A program made the position numbers and the translations under genes. DNA of 63,241 nt from Candidatus Micrarchaeota archaeon. GTDB taxonomy: Archaea; Micrarchaeota; Micrarchaeia; Anstonellales; Anstonellaceae. Below the pieces are notes generated by a model. That model had not been told where the DNA came from, did not search any database, and worked only from the letters and a program-made list of their open reading frames with translations. Position 1 is the stretch's first letter. Each line of letters begins with the position of its first letter. The stretch covers positions 1-63,241 of the forward strand of contig JAOAJF010000002.1 in the NCBI GenBank assembly GCA_026414325.1, written 5' to 3'. Positions 16,738 to 25,497 of the stretch are shown here, in pieces.

Positions 16738-18483
16738 ATGTCAACAAAGCTGGAAAATATAGTCGTAAAATTTGGAGGAGAAGCTGGCGAAGGCTTAATG
16801 ACTGCTGGTTTTATAGCAGCAAAATATTTTCAAAGAACAGGTTTGTTTGTTTTTGCAGAAAACGACTATCCTTCTTTAATTAGGGGTGGGCACAATACCT
16901 TTACAGTTAGAGCAAATACAGAAAAAATTTATGCCTTGGATGGAAAAGTAGATATTTTAATAGCTTTAGACAAACGTTCAGTTCTAGAGCATATAAACGA
17001 ATTGTCAGCAAATTCTGTAGTAATTTTTGACAAAAAATTAGAAGGAGAATTAAGCCAAATCTTTACTAATAAAAATATCTATCCTGTTCCAGTACCACTA
17101 ACGCAACATTCAGCAGAATTAGGAGATCTAATTTATTCAAATCAGATTGCTATTGGCTCTCTGATTGGTTTAATCGGTGGAAAATTAGAAATACTTTCAA
17201 CAATATTAAAAGAAAAGTTCTCTTCAAAAAAAGAAGAAATTTTAGAAAAAAATTTAGCAGCAGCAACCTTTGGCTATGATTTTGTAAAAATGCATTTTAA
17301 AGAGCCTTTTGAATTACCAATAAAAGAGCAGAAAAAAAATTATTATCTTTTAGATGGAAATGATGCAGTTTGTCTAGCCTCAATAAAAGCAGGTGTAAAA
17401 TTAGTTGCAGAATATCCAATGAGCCCTTCTTCTTCAATCTTACATTGGATGGCAGCTCATTCTCAAGATTATGGAATTGTAGTAAAACAAACTGAAGATG
17501 AAATTGCTGCAATAAATTATGTTTTGGGTGCAGCTTATGCTGGAGTAAGAGCAATGACTGCTACTTCTGGAGGAGGATTTTCTCTAATGACTGAAGCATT
17601 GGGTAATGCTGGATTGGCAGAAATTCCTTGTGTTATTGTAGAAGTCCAAAGAGCTGGCCCTTCTACTGGTCTACCTACTTATACTGATCAGGCAGATTTG
17701 TTATTTGTAATCAATGCCTCTCAAGGAGAATTTCCAAGAATTGTTTGTATGCCTGGAGATCCAGCAGAAGCATTTTATGAAACATTTAATGTTTGGAATA
17801 TGGCTGAGTTAGTCCAAACTCCGGCAATAATTTTACTTGATAAATATTTAGGAGAATCTTTTCAGACAGTAGAAATAAAAACAGATAATTTAGTAGTAAA
17901 ACGAGGTTTACTTCAAACTGATCAAGAGATGGAAAATGCCAAACAATTTTTAAGGCATAAAATAACTCCTTCTGGAATCTCTCCTCGTTCTATTCCAGGA
18001 CAGAAAAATGGCTTGTATGTTGCTTCCTCTTATGAGCATGATGAGAGTGGCTATAGTAGTGAAGATCCATTAAATAGAGTAATGCAAATAGATAAAAGAG
18101 CTAGAAAACTTTCAGCTATAAATCCACAGCTTTATCAGCCAGTTTTTTTTGGCCCAGCAACTGCCCCGTTATTAGTTGTGTCTTGGGGTTCTAGCAAAGG
18201 TGTGATTTTAGAAGCACTAAAGCATCTAAACAGGCAAAATATTCCTATAAGGTATATGCATATAAAATATGCTATTCCTTTTGCAACAGATACTGTAAAA
18301 GAAGCACTTGTTTCAGCTTCTAAATCAATTATCTTTGAGGGAAATTCCACTGCCCAGATGAGAAGTTATATTCGACAAAAAACAGGTATTTTAATAGAAA
18401 ATGTCTGTCTTAAGTATGATGCTAGGCCATTTCAAGTAGAGCAAGTAGTTAATGAAATAAAAAAACTGTATCAAAGCCAGTAG
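16738..18483 (+). CDS. 2-oxoacid:ferredoxin oxidoreductase, fused gamma-alpha subunit
   Basis: Gamma-like FGGEAGEGLMTAGFIAAK...YPSLIRGGHNTF, then alpha-like DGNDAVCLASIKAGVKLVAEYPMSPSS. I prefer the ATG at 16738 over the TTG at 16729. Confidence 0.85.
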   Translation: MSTKLENIVVKFGGEAGEGLMTAGFIAAKYFQRTGLFVFAENDYPSLIRGGHNTFTVRANTEKIYALDGKVDILIALDKRSVLEHINELSANSVVIFDKKLEGELSQIFTNKNIYPVPVPLTQHSAELGDLIYSNQIAIGSLIGLIGGKLEILSTILKEKFSSKKEEILEKNLAAATFGYDFVKMHFKEPFELPIKEQKKNYYLLDGNDAVCLASIKAGVKLVAEYPMSPSSSILHWMAAHSQDYGIVVKQTEDEIAAINYVLGAAYAGVRAMTATSGGGFSLMTEALGNAGLAEIPCVIVEVQRAGPSTGLPTYTDQADLLFVINASQGEFPRIVCMPGDPAEAFYETFNVWNMAELVQTPAIILLDKYLGESFQTVEIKTDNLVVKRGLLQTDQEMENAKQFLRHKITPSGISPRSIPGQKNGLYVASSYEHDESGYSSEDPLNRVMQIDKRARKLSAINPQLYQPVFFGPATAPLLVVSWGSSKGVILEALKHLNRQNIPIRYMHIKYAIPFATDTVKEALVSASKSIIFEGNSTAQMRSYIRQKTGILIENVCLKYDARPFQVEQVVNEIKKLYQSQ

Positions 18484-18492
18484 GGTGAGAAA

Positions 18493-19350
18493 ATGGTTGA
18501 GTTAAGTCAGTTGCATGAGCCAACCCATACTATTACTTGGTGTCCAGGTTGTGGAAACTTTTCTATTTTGGCTGCATTAAAAAAAGCAATTGTAGATTGT
18601 AATCTAGAGCCTCATAATACAGTAATAGTTTCAGGTATTGGTTGTGGAGGAAAAATACCGCACTTTATAAAAACTTATGGATTTGAATCTTTGCATGGAA
18701 GAGCATTAGCCGCAGCTTCAGGAATAAAGCTTGCAAATCATAAACTAGAAGTAATAGTTGTAGGCGGAGATGGAGATGGATATGGAATTGGTGCTAATCA
18801 TTTTATTCATGCTTCTAGAAGAAATTATGATATGACTTACATAGTACAGAATAATCAAATTTATGGTCTAACCACTGGGCAGGCTTCTCCAACTTCTGAG
18901 AAATCTATGAAAACTAAAAGCACTCCTTTTGGAGTTATAGAGCAGCCAATAAATCCAATTGCTTTGGCTTTAGCAGCAGGAGCAACTTTTATTGCAAGAG
19001 GCTTTAGTGGAGATCTAACTCATCTTTCCAATTTAATTTCACAAGGAATAAAACACAAAGGTTTTGCTTTTATTGATGTTTTTCAGCCTTGTGTTATTTG
19101 GAATCATATTAACACTTTTGAATATTTTAGAAAAAAATGCTACAAGCTAGAACAAACAGATTACAAACCAAATGATAAATTTGAAGCATTTAGAAAAGCA
19201 TTTGAAACAGATAAACTTCCAATAGGTGTTTTTTATCAAGAGCAAAGGCCAACTTATGAAGATGAGTTGCCACAGCTAAGTACTAGCCCCCTGGTTAAAC
19301 AACCAATAGATAATATTGATATTCAAAAAACTTTAGAAAAATATTTGTAA
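18493..19350 (+). CDS. 2-oxoacid:ferredoxin oxidoreductase, beta (TPP-binding) subunit
   Basis: WCPGCGNFSIL and GGDGDGYGIGANHFIHASRRN...QNNQIYGLTTGQ TPP motifs. It lies 10 nt downstream of the alpha gene. Confidence 0.85.
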   Translation: MVELSQLHEPTHTITWCPGCGNFSILAALKKAIVDCNLEPHNTVIVSGIGCGGKIPHFIKTYGFESLHGRALAAASGIKLANHKLEVIVVGGDGDGYGIGANHFIHASRRNYDMTYIVQNNQIYGLTTGQASPTSEKSMKTKSTPFGVIEQPINPIALALAAGATFIARGFSGDLTHLSNLISQGIKHKGFAFIDVFQPCVIWNHINTFEYFRKKCYKLEQTDYKPNDKFEAFRKAFETDKLPIGVFYQEQRPTYEDELPQLSTSPLVKQPIDNIDIQKTLEKYL

Positions 19351-19351
19351 G

Positions 19352-20836
19352 GTGAATTCGATGATAGTTAAGATAGGAAAAAATATTTTTTTTATTATAA
19401 TTTTTTTATTTTTTGCTCTAGGTACGGTAATTGGAGATTGTTTTGAGCAGGTTTATCAATATTCTGAGCCAAATTTGGCTCTAAATTGTCAGGACTTAAT
19501 TTTGGAAAATAATCAGGCACAAATAGTATATATCTCTTCTAATCCAACTTTATTGTTTATAAAAAATTCTTCTAAACCAATAGAAAACCAAGAGCAAATT
19601 AAAACTATTTTAGATAATTCTGTAATTTTCGAATCAAAATTTAATACTTTAGTGCAGGAGCTAAAGCAGAGAACAAATGAATTAAAAGTTTCTAAATCTG
19701 CTGCCGAGCAGAAGTGTTTGCAATATACTGGTATGGATCGCTATGAGTGCTATGATAAAGATTCTTGTCTATTAGCTGCATTTGCAGTTCCTCAAGCTTC
19801 TATTGCAGTTAATTCTCCAGGTTTTATTGATGCAATGCTTGATTTTGATAAAAAAAGAAAAAAATTAAATTCCTCGATAGAGAATTTATCTTCTTTGCTT
19901 TCTAATCCATCTCCCTCTTTAGAATATTCCAAACAGCTTAGAGCAGCAGTAGAAAATTTAGAGCAGGAAATTATAAACTACAATAGCTGTAATTTGATGT
20001 TAGATAAGACTGATCCAGGCTGTAATGTAAGTGGTGCAAAATGCTTTGAATACTGTCCAAAAATTTTACTTCCTTCTAAATGGATAGAAACTAAAAAAGA
20101 ACTGAGCTCAACCTCTTCTACTTTAGAAAAACTAAATTCCAATTCTGATTTAGCAAAAACTTTGGCTAAAAACACTATTGACTGGCTGAAATTTTTAGAA
20201 AAAAGAACGGTTCTTTGGGATGAGCTAAAAAGGGAGTTAAACAGTTTATTTCAAAACATAAATAATTCTCTCTCCTCAAAAAAATTTTCTGATAAGGCTT
20301 TAGAAGAATCCTTAAACCAGTCTCTGAATGCTTATGAGCAGATAAACTCAAAAATAAAAAATGGTGAATTTTTTCTAGCTATTGAACAAGGGATGAGTCT
20401 AAAAATAAATTTAGAACAACTCTCAAAACAAGTTTCAGGCTATAGAGAAAAACTAAATCAAATTGATAGAAAGCTTAATACTATCCAGCTCTCTTTAAAA
20501 GAAATCAAACAATCTGAAAATTTTGATAAGTTCAACCAAAAATTTTTAGAATTAAAAAATAGAACTTCCTCTCCAGTCCAAGCAAACGAGTTGGATGAGC
20601 TGCTAGCTACTTCTTCTGAATTAGAAGAGCAAGTATTGCTAGAAGTTGCAAAAATTAAATTAAAAATAAAAGACCAACCATCCAGCCAGGAAAAAAACAC
20701 CTCTAATCTTTCAGTAGAGAAAAAACCAGAAGGCCTTAGTTCTGGTTCATTACTGCCAACTTCGTTCTGTCCTTTAGCAAGTGGTTTTATTGGGTTGATC
20801 TTTATTTTTATTTTTTTCAGAAAAAGCCAAGAATAA
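19352..20836 (+). CDS. Secreted/anchored coiled-coil surface protein, function unknown
   Basis: N-terminal hydrophobic KNIFFIIIFLFFALGTVIG, a long coiled-coil-like body, and a C-terminal CPLASGFIGLIFIFIFFRKSQE tail. Confidence 0.6.
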   Translation: MNSMIVKIGKNIFFIIIFLFFALGTVIGDCFEQVYQYSEPNLALNCQDLILENNQAQIVYISSNPTLLFIKNSSKPIENQEQIKTILDNSVIFESKFNTLVQELKQRTNELKVSKSAAEQKCLQYTGMDRYECYDKDSCLLAAFAVPQASIAVNSPGFIDAMLDFDKKRKKLNSSIENLSSLLSNPSPSLEYSKQLRAAVENLEQEIINYNSCNLMLDKTDPGCNVSGAKCFEYCPKILLPSKWIETKKELSSTSSTLEKLNSNSDLAKTLAKNTIDWLKFLEKRTVLWDELKRELNSLFQNINNSLSSKKFSDKALEESLNQSLNAYEQINSKIKNGEFFLAIEQGMSLKINLEQLSKQVSGYREKLNQIDRKLNTIQLSLKEIKQSENFDKFNQKFLELKNRTSSPVQANELDELLATSSELEEQVLLEVAKIKLKIKDQPSSQEKNTSNLSVEKKPEGLSSGSLLPTSFCPLASGFIGLIFIFIFFRKSQE

Positions 20837-20899
20837 AACTTTTCCTACCTTGCTTTCAGTTAAGAAAGCCTTATAAATCTTTTTTGATAAAAAAGTTTT

Positions 20900-21493
20900 A
20901 TGAGTAAAACATTTTTGGTATTTAGCTCTATATTTATTTTGATTATTTTTTCCTTGATCTTTTTCTCCACATTACCTTTTTCCTTTACTAAAGCAGCTAT
21001 TAAATTCCTTGGAATTATTGGGTTTTTTTTGCTTTCTCTTTCTTTAATTTTGGGCCCACTTGCTGTCCTCTGGCCGAATATGTTTTTGAAATATTTAGAA
21101 TTTAGAAAAACAATTGGTGTTGCTGCATTTTTGTTTGTAGCTGGGCACTTATACTTAACTATGCAAAATTATTTTGGTTGGAATTTTTCTAAAGCAGTAG
21201 CTGCTCCTGGAGTACTTCCTGGTATACTTGGATTTTTTATTCTGACAATATTGGCTATAACATCTTTTGATAAAATTGCATCTTTTTTGGGTTCAAAAGT
21301 TTGGAAATTTATCCATTATTTTAATTATGTGGCTTTTATTTTATCTTTTATTCATTTTGTTTTAAAGAGCGCTGGACCAGCCCAAATTTTTGGCTTTAAT
21401 TATTTAGAATTTATTGCAATTTTATTTGGAGTTCTAGCGATTTTTTTACAACTTGCTGGCTTTTTTATTAGAATAACAAAAAAATCATCTTGA
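20900..21493 (+). CDS. Ferric-reductase-like transmembrane (MsrQ/YedZ-like) heme-binding membrane protein
   Basis: Six hydrophobic helices. Histidines sit in FRKTIGVAAFLFVAGHLYL and KFIHYFNYVAFILSFIHFVL, as in the MsrQ/FRD family. Confidence 0.5.
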   Translation: MSKTFLVFSSIFILIIFSLIFFSTLPFSFTKAAIKFLGIIGFFLLSLSLILGPLAVLWPNMFLKYLEFRKTIGVAAFLFVAGHLYLTMQNYFGWNFSKAVAAPGVLPGILGFFILTILAITSFDKIASFLGSKVWKFIHYFNYVAFILSFIHFVLKSAGPAQIFGFNYLEFIAILFGVLAIFLQLAGFFIRITKKSS

Positions 21494-21603
21494 GCCTACT
21501 TTAGGCATTAATTTATAAATTTTGGCCAACAAATTAAGTTAGCACTAGTTTTATCTTAGTAAAATTAGTGTTAAGTTAAAAGTAGAAAAGAGGAAAGATA
21601 TAA

Positions 21604-21771
21604 ATGGAAGATGATATGGAAAATACCGAAGGCTCTAGAGGGCAGACTAACAGAAAAATGTATGATGCAGTTTGCTCTAAATGCCACAAGCCCTGCCAGG
21701 TTCCCTTTCAACCCCAAGAAGGAAGGCCTGTTTATTGTAGGGATTGTTATAGACCAAGAAGAAGATATTAA
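21604..21771 (+). CDS. CxxC-x17-CxxC zinc-ribbon small protein (55 aa; below the ORF-track cutoff)
   Basis: Hand translation gives MEDDMENTEGSRGQTNRKMYDAVCSKCHKPCQVPFQPQEGRPVYCRDCYRPRRRY*. AGAGGAAAG lies upstream. Confidence 0.65.
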   Translation: MEDDMENTEGSRGQTNRKMYDAVCSKCHKPCQVPFQPQEGRPVYCRDCYRPRRRY

Positions 21772-21843
21772 AACTTCTTATAGTAGTTAACCAATTTTTT
21801 TATTTTTTATTCTTATTTATTTAGTTTTTTCTAGTTTGTAGTA

Positions 21844-22035
21844 GTGGAAAGTAGCCCTTTAGAAATGGTTTTAGGCTATATTTTATTCTTTTTATTTGGG
21901 ATAGGTATGTTTGACTATTATTTATGGGTAAAAAAGCCAAAAAGAAAAAGACCAGACTTTCATCCAAGTTTGTTTAGCTTTTTAGCTAAAGAGAAAAAAA
22001 CAGCTTCAGCTCAAAAGCTAACAAATTATTTTTAA
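21844..22035 (+). CDS. Hypothetical small membrane protein
   Basis: 63-aa GTG-start ORF with one hydrophobic helix followed by a KKPKRKRP basic patch. Weak support. Confidence 0.3.
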   Translation: MESSPLEMVLGYILFFLFGIGMFDYYLWVKKPKRKRPDFHPSLFSFLAKEKKTASAQKLTNYF

Positions 22036-22056
22036 TTTTTATGCAGTTAGACTAAT

Positions 22057-22587
22057 ATGGAAAAAAAAGTTTTGGCTATTGTTGCACCAAAAGATTTTAG
22101 AGACGAAGAGCTTTTTGTACCAAAACAATATTTAGAACAAAACAATGTAGCTGTTTTAGTTGCTTCTACTACAAAAGGCATTGCAAAAGGAAAATTAGGA
22201 GGGCAAATAAAAATAGATCTTACACTTTCAGAAGTAAAAATCCAGGACTTTGACGGGGTGTTTTTTGTAGGTGGGCCAGGAACTATCATTGTAAGAGCAG
22301 AACCAAATGCCCTTAACATTGCTAAAGAAGCTTATAAAGCAGGCAAAATAATAGGAGCGATTTGCTGGGCTCCAACTATTTTAGCAAAAGCAGGTATTTT
22401 AAAAGACAAAAAGGCAACCTGCTGGCTAGGTCCAGATTCAGAATATGGAATGCAAACAGATACGGTTTTAGAAAAATTTGGCTCTAAATTTGTAAACCAG
22501 CCAGTAGTTATAGATGGAAAAATTATTACTGCAAATGGGCCTGCTGCTGCAGAAGAATTTGCTAAAAAGATGTTGGAGGCTTTATAG
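22057..22587 (+). CDS. DJ-1/PfpI family protein
   Basis: FDGVFFVGGPG and IGAICWAPTILAKAG (nucleophile-elbow Cys), 176 aa. Confidence 0.8.
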   Translation: MEKKVLAIVAPKDFRDEELFVPKQYLEQNNVAVLVASTTKGIAKGKLGGQIKIDLTLSEVKIQDFDGVFFVGGPGTIIVRAEPNALNIAKEAYKAGKIIGAICWAPTILAKAGILKDKKATCWLGPDSEYGMQTDTVLEKFGSKFVNQPVVIDGKIITANGPAAAEEFAKKMLEAL

Positions 22588-22621
22588 ACATATTAATCCA
22601 TTAATATAAACATTTATAAAT

Positions 22622-23731
22622 TTGTATAAATCTCAATATATTATGAAAAATATGCTAACTCTTTCTCCATGTTCTAAGGAACTTACTAAACTTATCAAAT
22701 CTACTAGTCAGTATTTTAAGTATCATAAAATGAGCGGGCTTTATTTAAATGTAGCAAATGCTACAAACACATTTTTTAGTTCTAATTTTAACAAAGAAGA
22801 AAAAATTTTAGCTAAACATCTTTTTAGTTGTTTTATTTATTCTACCTTAGTAAATAAATACAAAATTAGTAAAGAGATTTTGCAAAATACTAACTTATGG
22901 GTTAACTTTTCTAATGGTTCTATCTTTCTTTATGCTATTAAAAGTAAAGAGAATCATCCAAAATTAGGAGATTATTATTTTATAGTCCCAATAATCGATG
23001 AAAACCCAAAAGCTTATGGGCATTATTGTGTTTTTTCAGATGAAATTTTTGTAGTCTTAAATAGATTGCCTCAATATTTTAGTTCTGAAAAATACCAAAA
23101 ATTTGCCAAAAAGTTTAGCTTTTCTGAAATATTGGATGGAGCTATTTTACATGAGCAAAACCATAGGGTTTTCTCTTATCAACTAGATCCTATTTTTAGA
23201 TATCTCTATCTTCTTGTAGATGAGAAAACATTAAATAATTTTGACTTTCTTTGTAGGGAACTATATGAATTTTATGCCTATATTGCAAATGCAAAATACT
23301 CTGTAGAACAAACAGCACTAACTGCCCTATATTTATCAGAATATAAAAGCTCTGGAAACATTCATCGTTGCGCCTTGGAAAGACTTTTCAACTATCTATC
23401 TTGCTCCATTAATGGTTCTAGTAAAAAAACCGCTCAAAACCTTGAGTCTTGTTTATTAAAACTATCTGAAAAATTAAGTTTGAGTAAAAAAGAATTAAAT
23501 CATTTAGAAGAAAGTTTTGGGCTATTGGCATTTAAAAAGGATTTTTTAAGGCTATTTGGTTTAAACTATTTTATTAATTTAGAAAAAGAATTGCAAATAG
23601 CTCTAAACAATCTTTCAGCCTTTATATCAAAACATTTTGATTATTTAGAAGACTTTAAAGACGAGTTAGGACAGAATCTTTCTAAAATTTTAAACTCTCT
23701 TAAAAAACTAAACAACTTATTTAACTTTTAG
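22622..23731 (+). CDS. Hypothetical protein containing an HExxH motif
   Basis: 369-aa ORF (TTG at 22622; first ATG at 22643). AILHEQNHRVF is the only motif seen. Confidence 0.45.
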   Translation: MYKSQYIMKNMLTLSPCSKELTKLIKSTSQYFKYHKMSGLYLNVANATNTFFSSNFNKEEKILAKHLFSCFIYSTLVNKYKISKEILQNTNLWVNFSNGSIFLYAIKSKENHPKLGDYYFIVPIIDENPKAYGHYCVFSDEIFVVLNRLPQYFSSEKYQKFAKKFSFSEILDGAILHEQNHRVFSYQLDPIFRYLYLLVDEKTLNNFDFLCRELYEFYAYIANAKYSVEQTALTALYLSEYKSSGNIHRCALERLFNYLSCSINGSSKKTAQNLESCLLKLSEKLSLSKKELNHLEESFGLLAFKKDFLRLFGLNYFINLEKELQIALNNLSAFISKHFDYLEDFKDELGQNLSKILNSLKKLNNLFNF

Positions 23732-23777
23732 TCGAGCATTAACTTTTTATTTAACTTTATTTATACTATTAATGTCG

Positions 23778-23827
23778 ATGATGAGACCGCTCCAGTATGA
23801 TTTAATGATTAGCGGAGTAGCTTCTGA
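23778..23827 (+). ncRNA. C/D-box sRNA candidate (2'-O-methylation guide)
   Basis: ATGATGA (C) - 12 nt GACCGCTCCAGT - ATGA (D') - TTTA - ATGATTA (C') - 12 nt GCGGAGTAGCTT - CTGA (D). Both guides have exact 12-nt spacing. The guides are GC-rich in an AT-rich intergenic region. Confidence 0.6.
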
Positions 23828-23976
23828 GCTTGTTGCTGTTTTAGAAAAAACAATAAAGCTATTCTTTCAATTCCTTTAATCTTTTTAAATTCCAAAAATT
23901 AAGTTCTTCTGAAAAAATTTTAACTGCACTTTTACCATTAAAACCAAAATTTAAAAGTATTATAAAAAACAGCTTT

Positions 23977-24453
23977 ATGTATTGGGACAATCGCTATGAT
24001 GTTTTTTTAAATCTTCCTTTTATAAGGAGAGATATTTTTCCAACTTATCCAGAGATATCTTATGGAGAAGATAAAATAGCAGCAAATAAACTCAAAGATT
24101 ATTATAAACATGCAAAAAAATTTGTACTAGAAGAAGAGTTTTTAAGATTTCAAGAAGATTTTTCTATCCATTCGTTTATAAAAAGATATCTCTGGTATGG
24201 AAGAACTTTTTTACCATATTTAAAACTATGTGCAGATAAAAAAGAGTATATAAGAATCTTGTTATCTGTTTTCGGAGTATTTTTTCCAATCTTTCTTTTA
24301 ATTCCATTTTTTGTTGGATTTTTTGATTCAATAAAATTTTTAAAAATTTATCCAGCAAATTTAGTCTTTTTCCCATTATTTGCAGTTTTTGCTAGTTGGT
24401 TGATGGGCGTAGGTTTTCTATTAGGATTTTTTTACAAAGATTTAGGCCATTAA
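23977..24453 (+). CDS. Membrane protein resembling only the C-terminal half of a GT2 glycosyltransferase (possible gene remnant)
   Basis: YGEDKIAANKL ... FIKRYLWYGR resembles the GT2 ED / Q(R)xxRW region, followed by 2-3 TM helices. There is no DxD-containing N-terminal domain, and only ~245 bp lie upstream. Confidence 0.4.
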   Translation: MYWDNRYDVFLNLPFIRRDIFPTYPEISYGEDKIAANKLKDYYKHAKKFVLEEEFLRFQEDFSIHSFIKRYLWYGRTFLPYLKLCADKKEYIRILLSVFGVFFPIFLLIPFFVGFFDSIKFLKIYPANLVFFPLFAVFASWLMGVGFLLGFFYKDLGH

Positions 24454-24519
24454 AATAAAAAATTCCCCCATAAAGTTTAAATATACTCAAACTTAATATA
24501 TTAAGTTATAATCTTAAAA

Positions 24520-25185
24520 TTGGGAAATTTAATGTTGCAGCGTTTTAAGCCTAAAAAGCAAAATACTTTTTTTAAATTCTTTTCAATTAAATCAAGTTTT
24601 TTTAAAAAGCATAATTCTATTAAGCCTTTCAATAAAGAGAATGAAAATGAAAAAGTTCTTTATATCCTAAAAGCATTTAACAATTTTAATACTATGAACT
24701 CTAATTCTCTAGACTATTATTATAACAAAGCACTCAATTCAATTAAAAGCTTAGAGTATACCTCTATAGATGTGCAAAAATTTTGTTTTGAGCTTAAAAA
24801 TTTTGAAAATCAAGCAGATGATTTTAAAGTCAAAGCTGGATTATTTCTTTCTGCTCTAATAAATCAGAGCAAGGAGCAAAAATTTTTATTAGACACAACT
24901 GCACTAAGTTCAAAAATTCATTATTTAGGCTATTCAAACACAAAAGAAATTGTAGTCAATGGAAATGTTGGAAATAATCTTGGTTCTAATATGGAAAAAG
25001 GCAAAATAACTGTTTATGGAAATGCAGGAACAAATGTAGGTTATTTAATGAAAGGAGGGGAAATCTATATCGAAGGCCAATATCAATCTATTTATCCATA
25101 TTTATTAGGAAAAGTATATCATAAAAACCAGCTAATTTTTAAAGATGGAAAAAAATTAAACGATTTAGCAAACCAAAAGAAATAA
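24520..25185 (+). CDS. GXGXG-motif beta-helix protein (GltB domain 3 / FwdC-like C-terminal region)
   Basis: VVNGNVGNNLGSNMEKGKITVYGNAGTNVGYLMKGGEIYIEGQ. The N-terminal ~140 aa are unassigned. Confidence 0.45.
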   Translation: MGNLMLQRFKPKKQNTFFKFFSIKSSFFKKHNSIKPFNKENENEKVLYILKAFNNFNTMNSNSLDYYYNKALNSIKSLEYTSIDVQKFCFELKNFENQADDFKVKAGLFLSALINQSKEQKFLLDTTALSSKIHYLGYSNTKEIVVNGNVGNNLGSNMEKGKITVYGNAGTNVGYLMKGGEIYIEGQYQSIYPYLLGKVYHKNQLIFKDGKKLNDLANQKK

Positions 25186-25210
25186 AAATCTCTTTAAAAT
25201 ATTTAAATTG

Positions 25211-25495
25211 ATGAAAAATAAAATTCAAGCTATAAAAATTCTAGTTTTTGGAAAAGTCCAAGGAGTATTTTTCAGAGCTTGGGCAAAGGAGCAGGCTTAC
25301 TCTCTTTTTTTAGTCGGGTGGGTAAAAAATTTAGCAGATGGCTCAGTAGAAATTTTTGTACAAGGTTCAAAAGAAAGTTTAGAAAAATTTCTTTTTTCAT
25401 GTTTGAGAGGTCCTACTGCAGCACAAGTTTCAAAACTTGTAGTTGAACCACTAGAGCCTTTAGGAGAACTAGAAAATTTTGAAATTCGCTACTAA
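25211..25495 (+). CDS. acyP: Acylphosphatase
   Basis: VFGKVQGVFFRAWAKEQA...GWVKNLADGSVEIFVQG signature. I use the ATG at 25211; the track starts at TTG 25208. Confidence 0.85.
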   Translation: MKNKIQAIKILVFGKVQGVFFRAWAKEQAYSLFLVGWVKNLADGSVEIFVQGSKESLEKFLFSCLRGPTAAQVSKLVVEPLEPLGELENFEIRY

Positions 25496-25497
25496 TT

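Noticed and set aside
23772-23879. 35-codon ORF MSMMRPLQYDLMISGVASELVAVLEKTIKLFFQFL
   Set aside because: It is too short, has no SD and no motif. Its ATGATGA start region is better explained as the C box of a C/D-box sRNA with exact 12-nt guide spacing.
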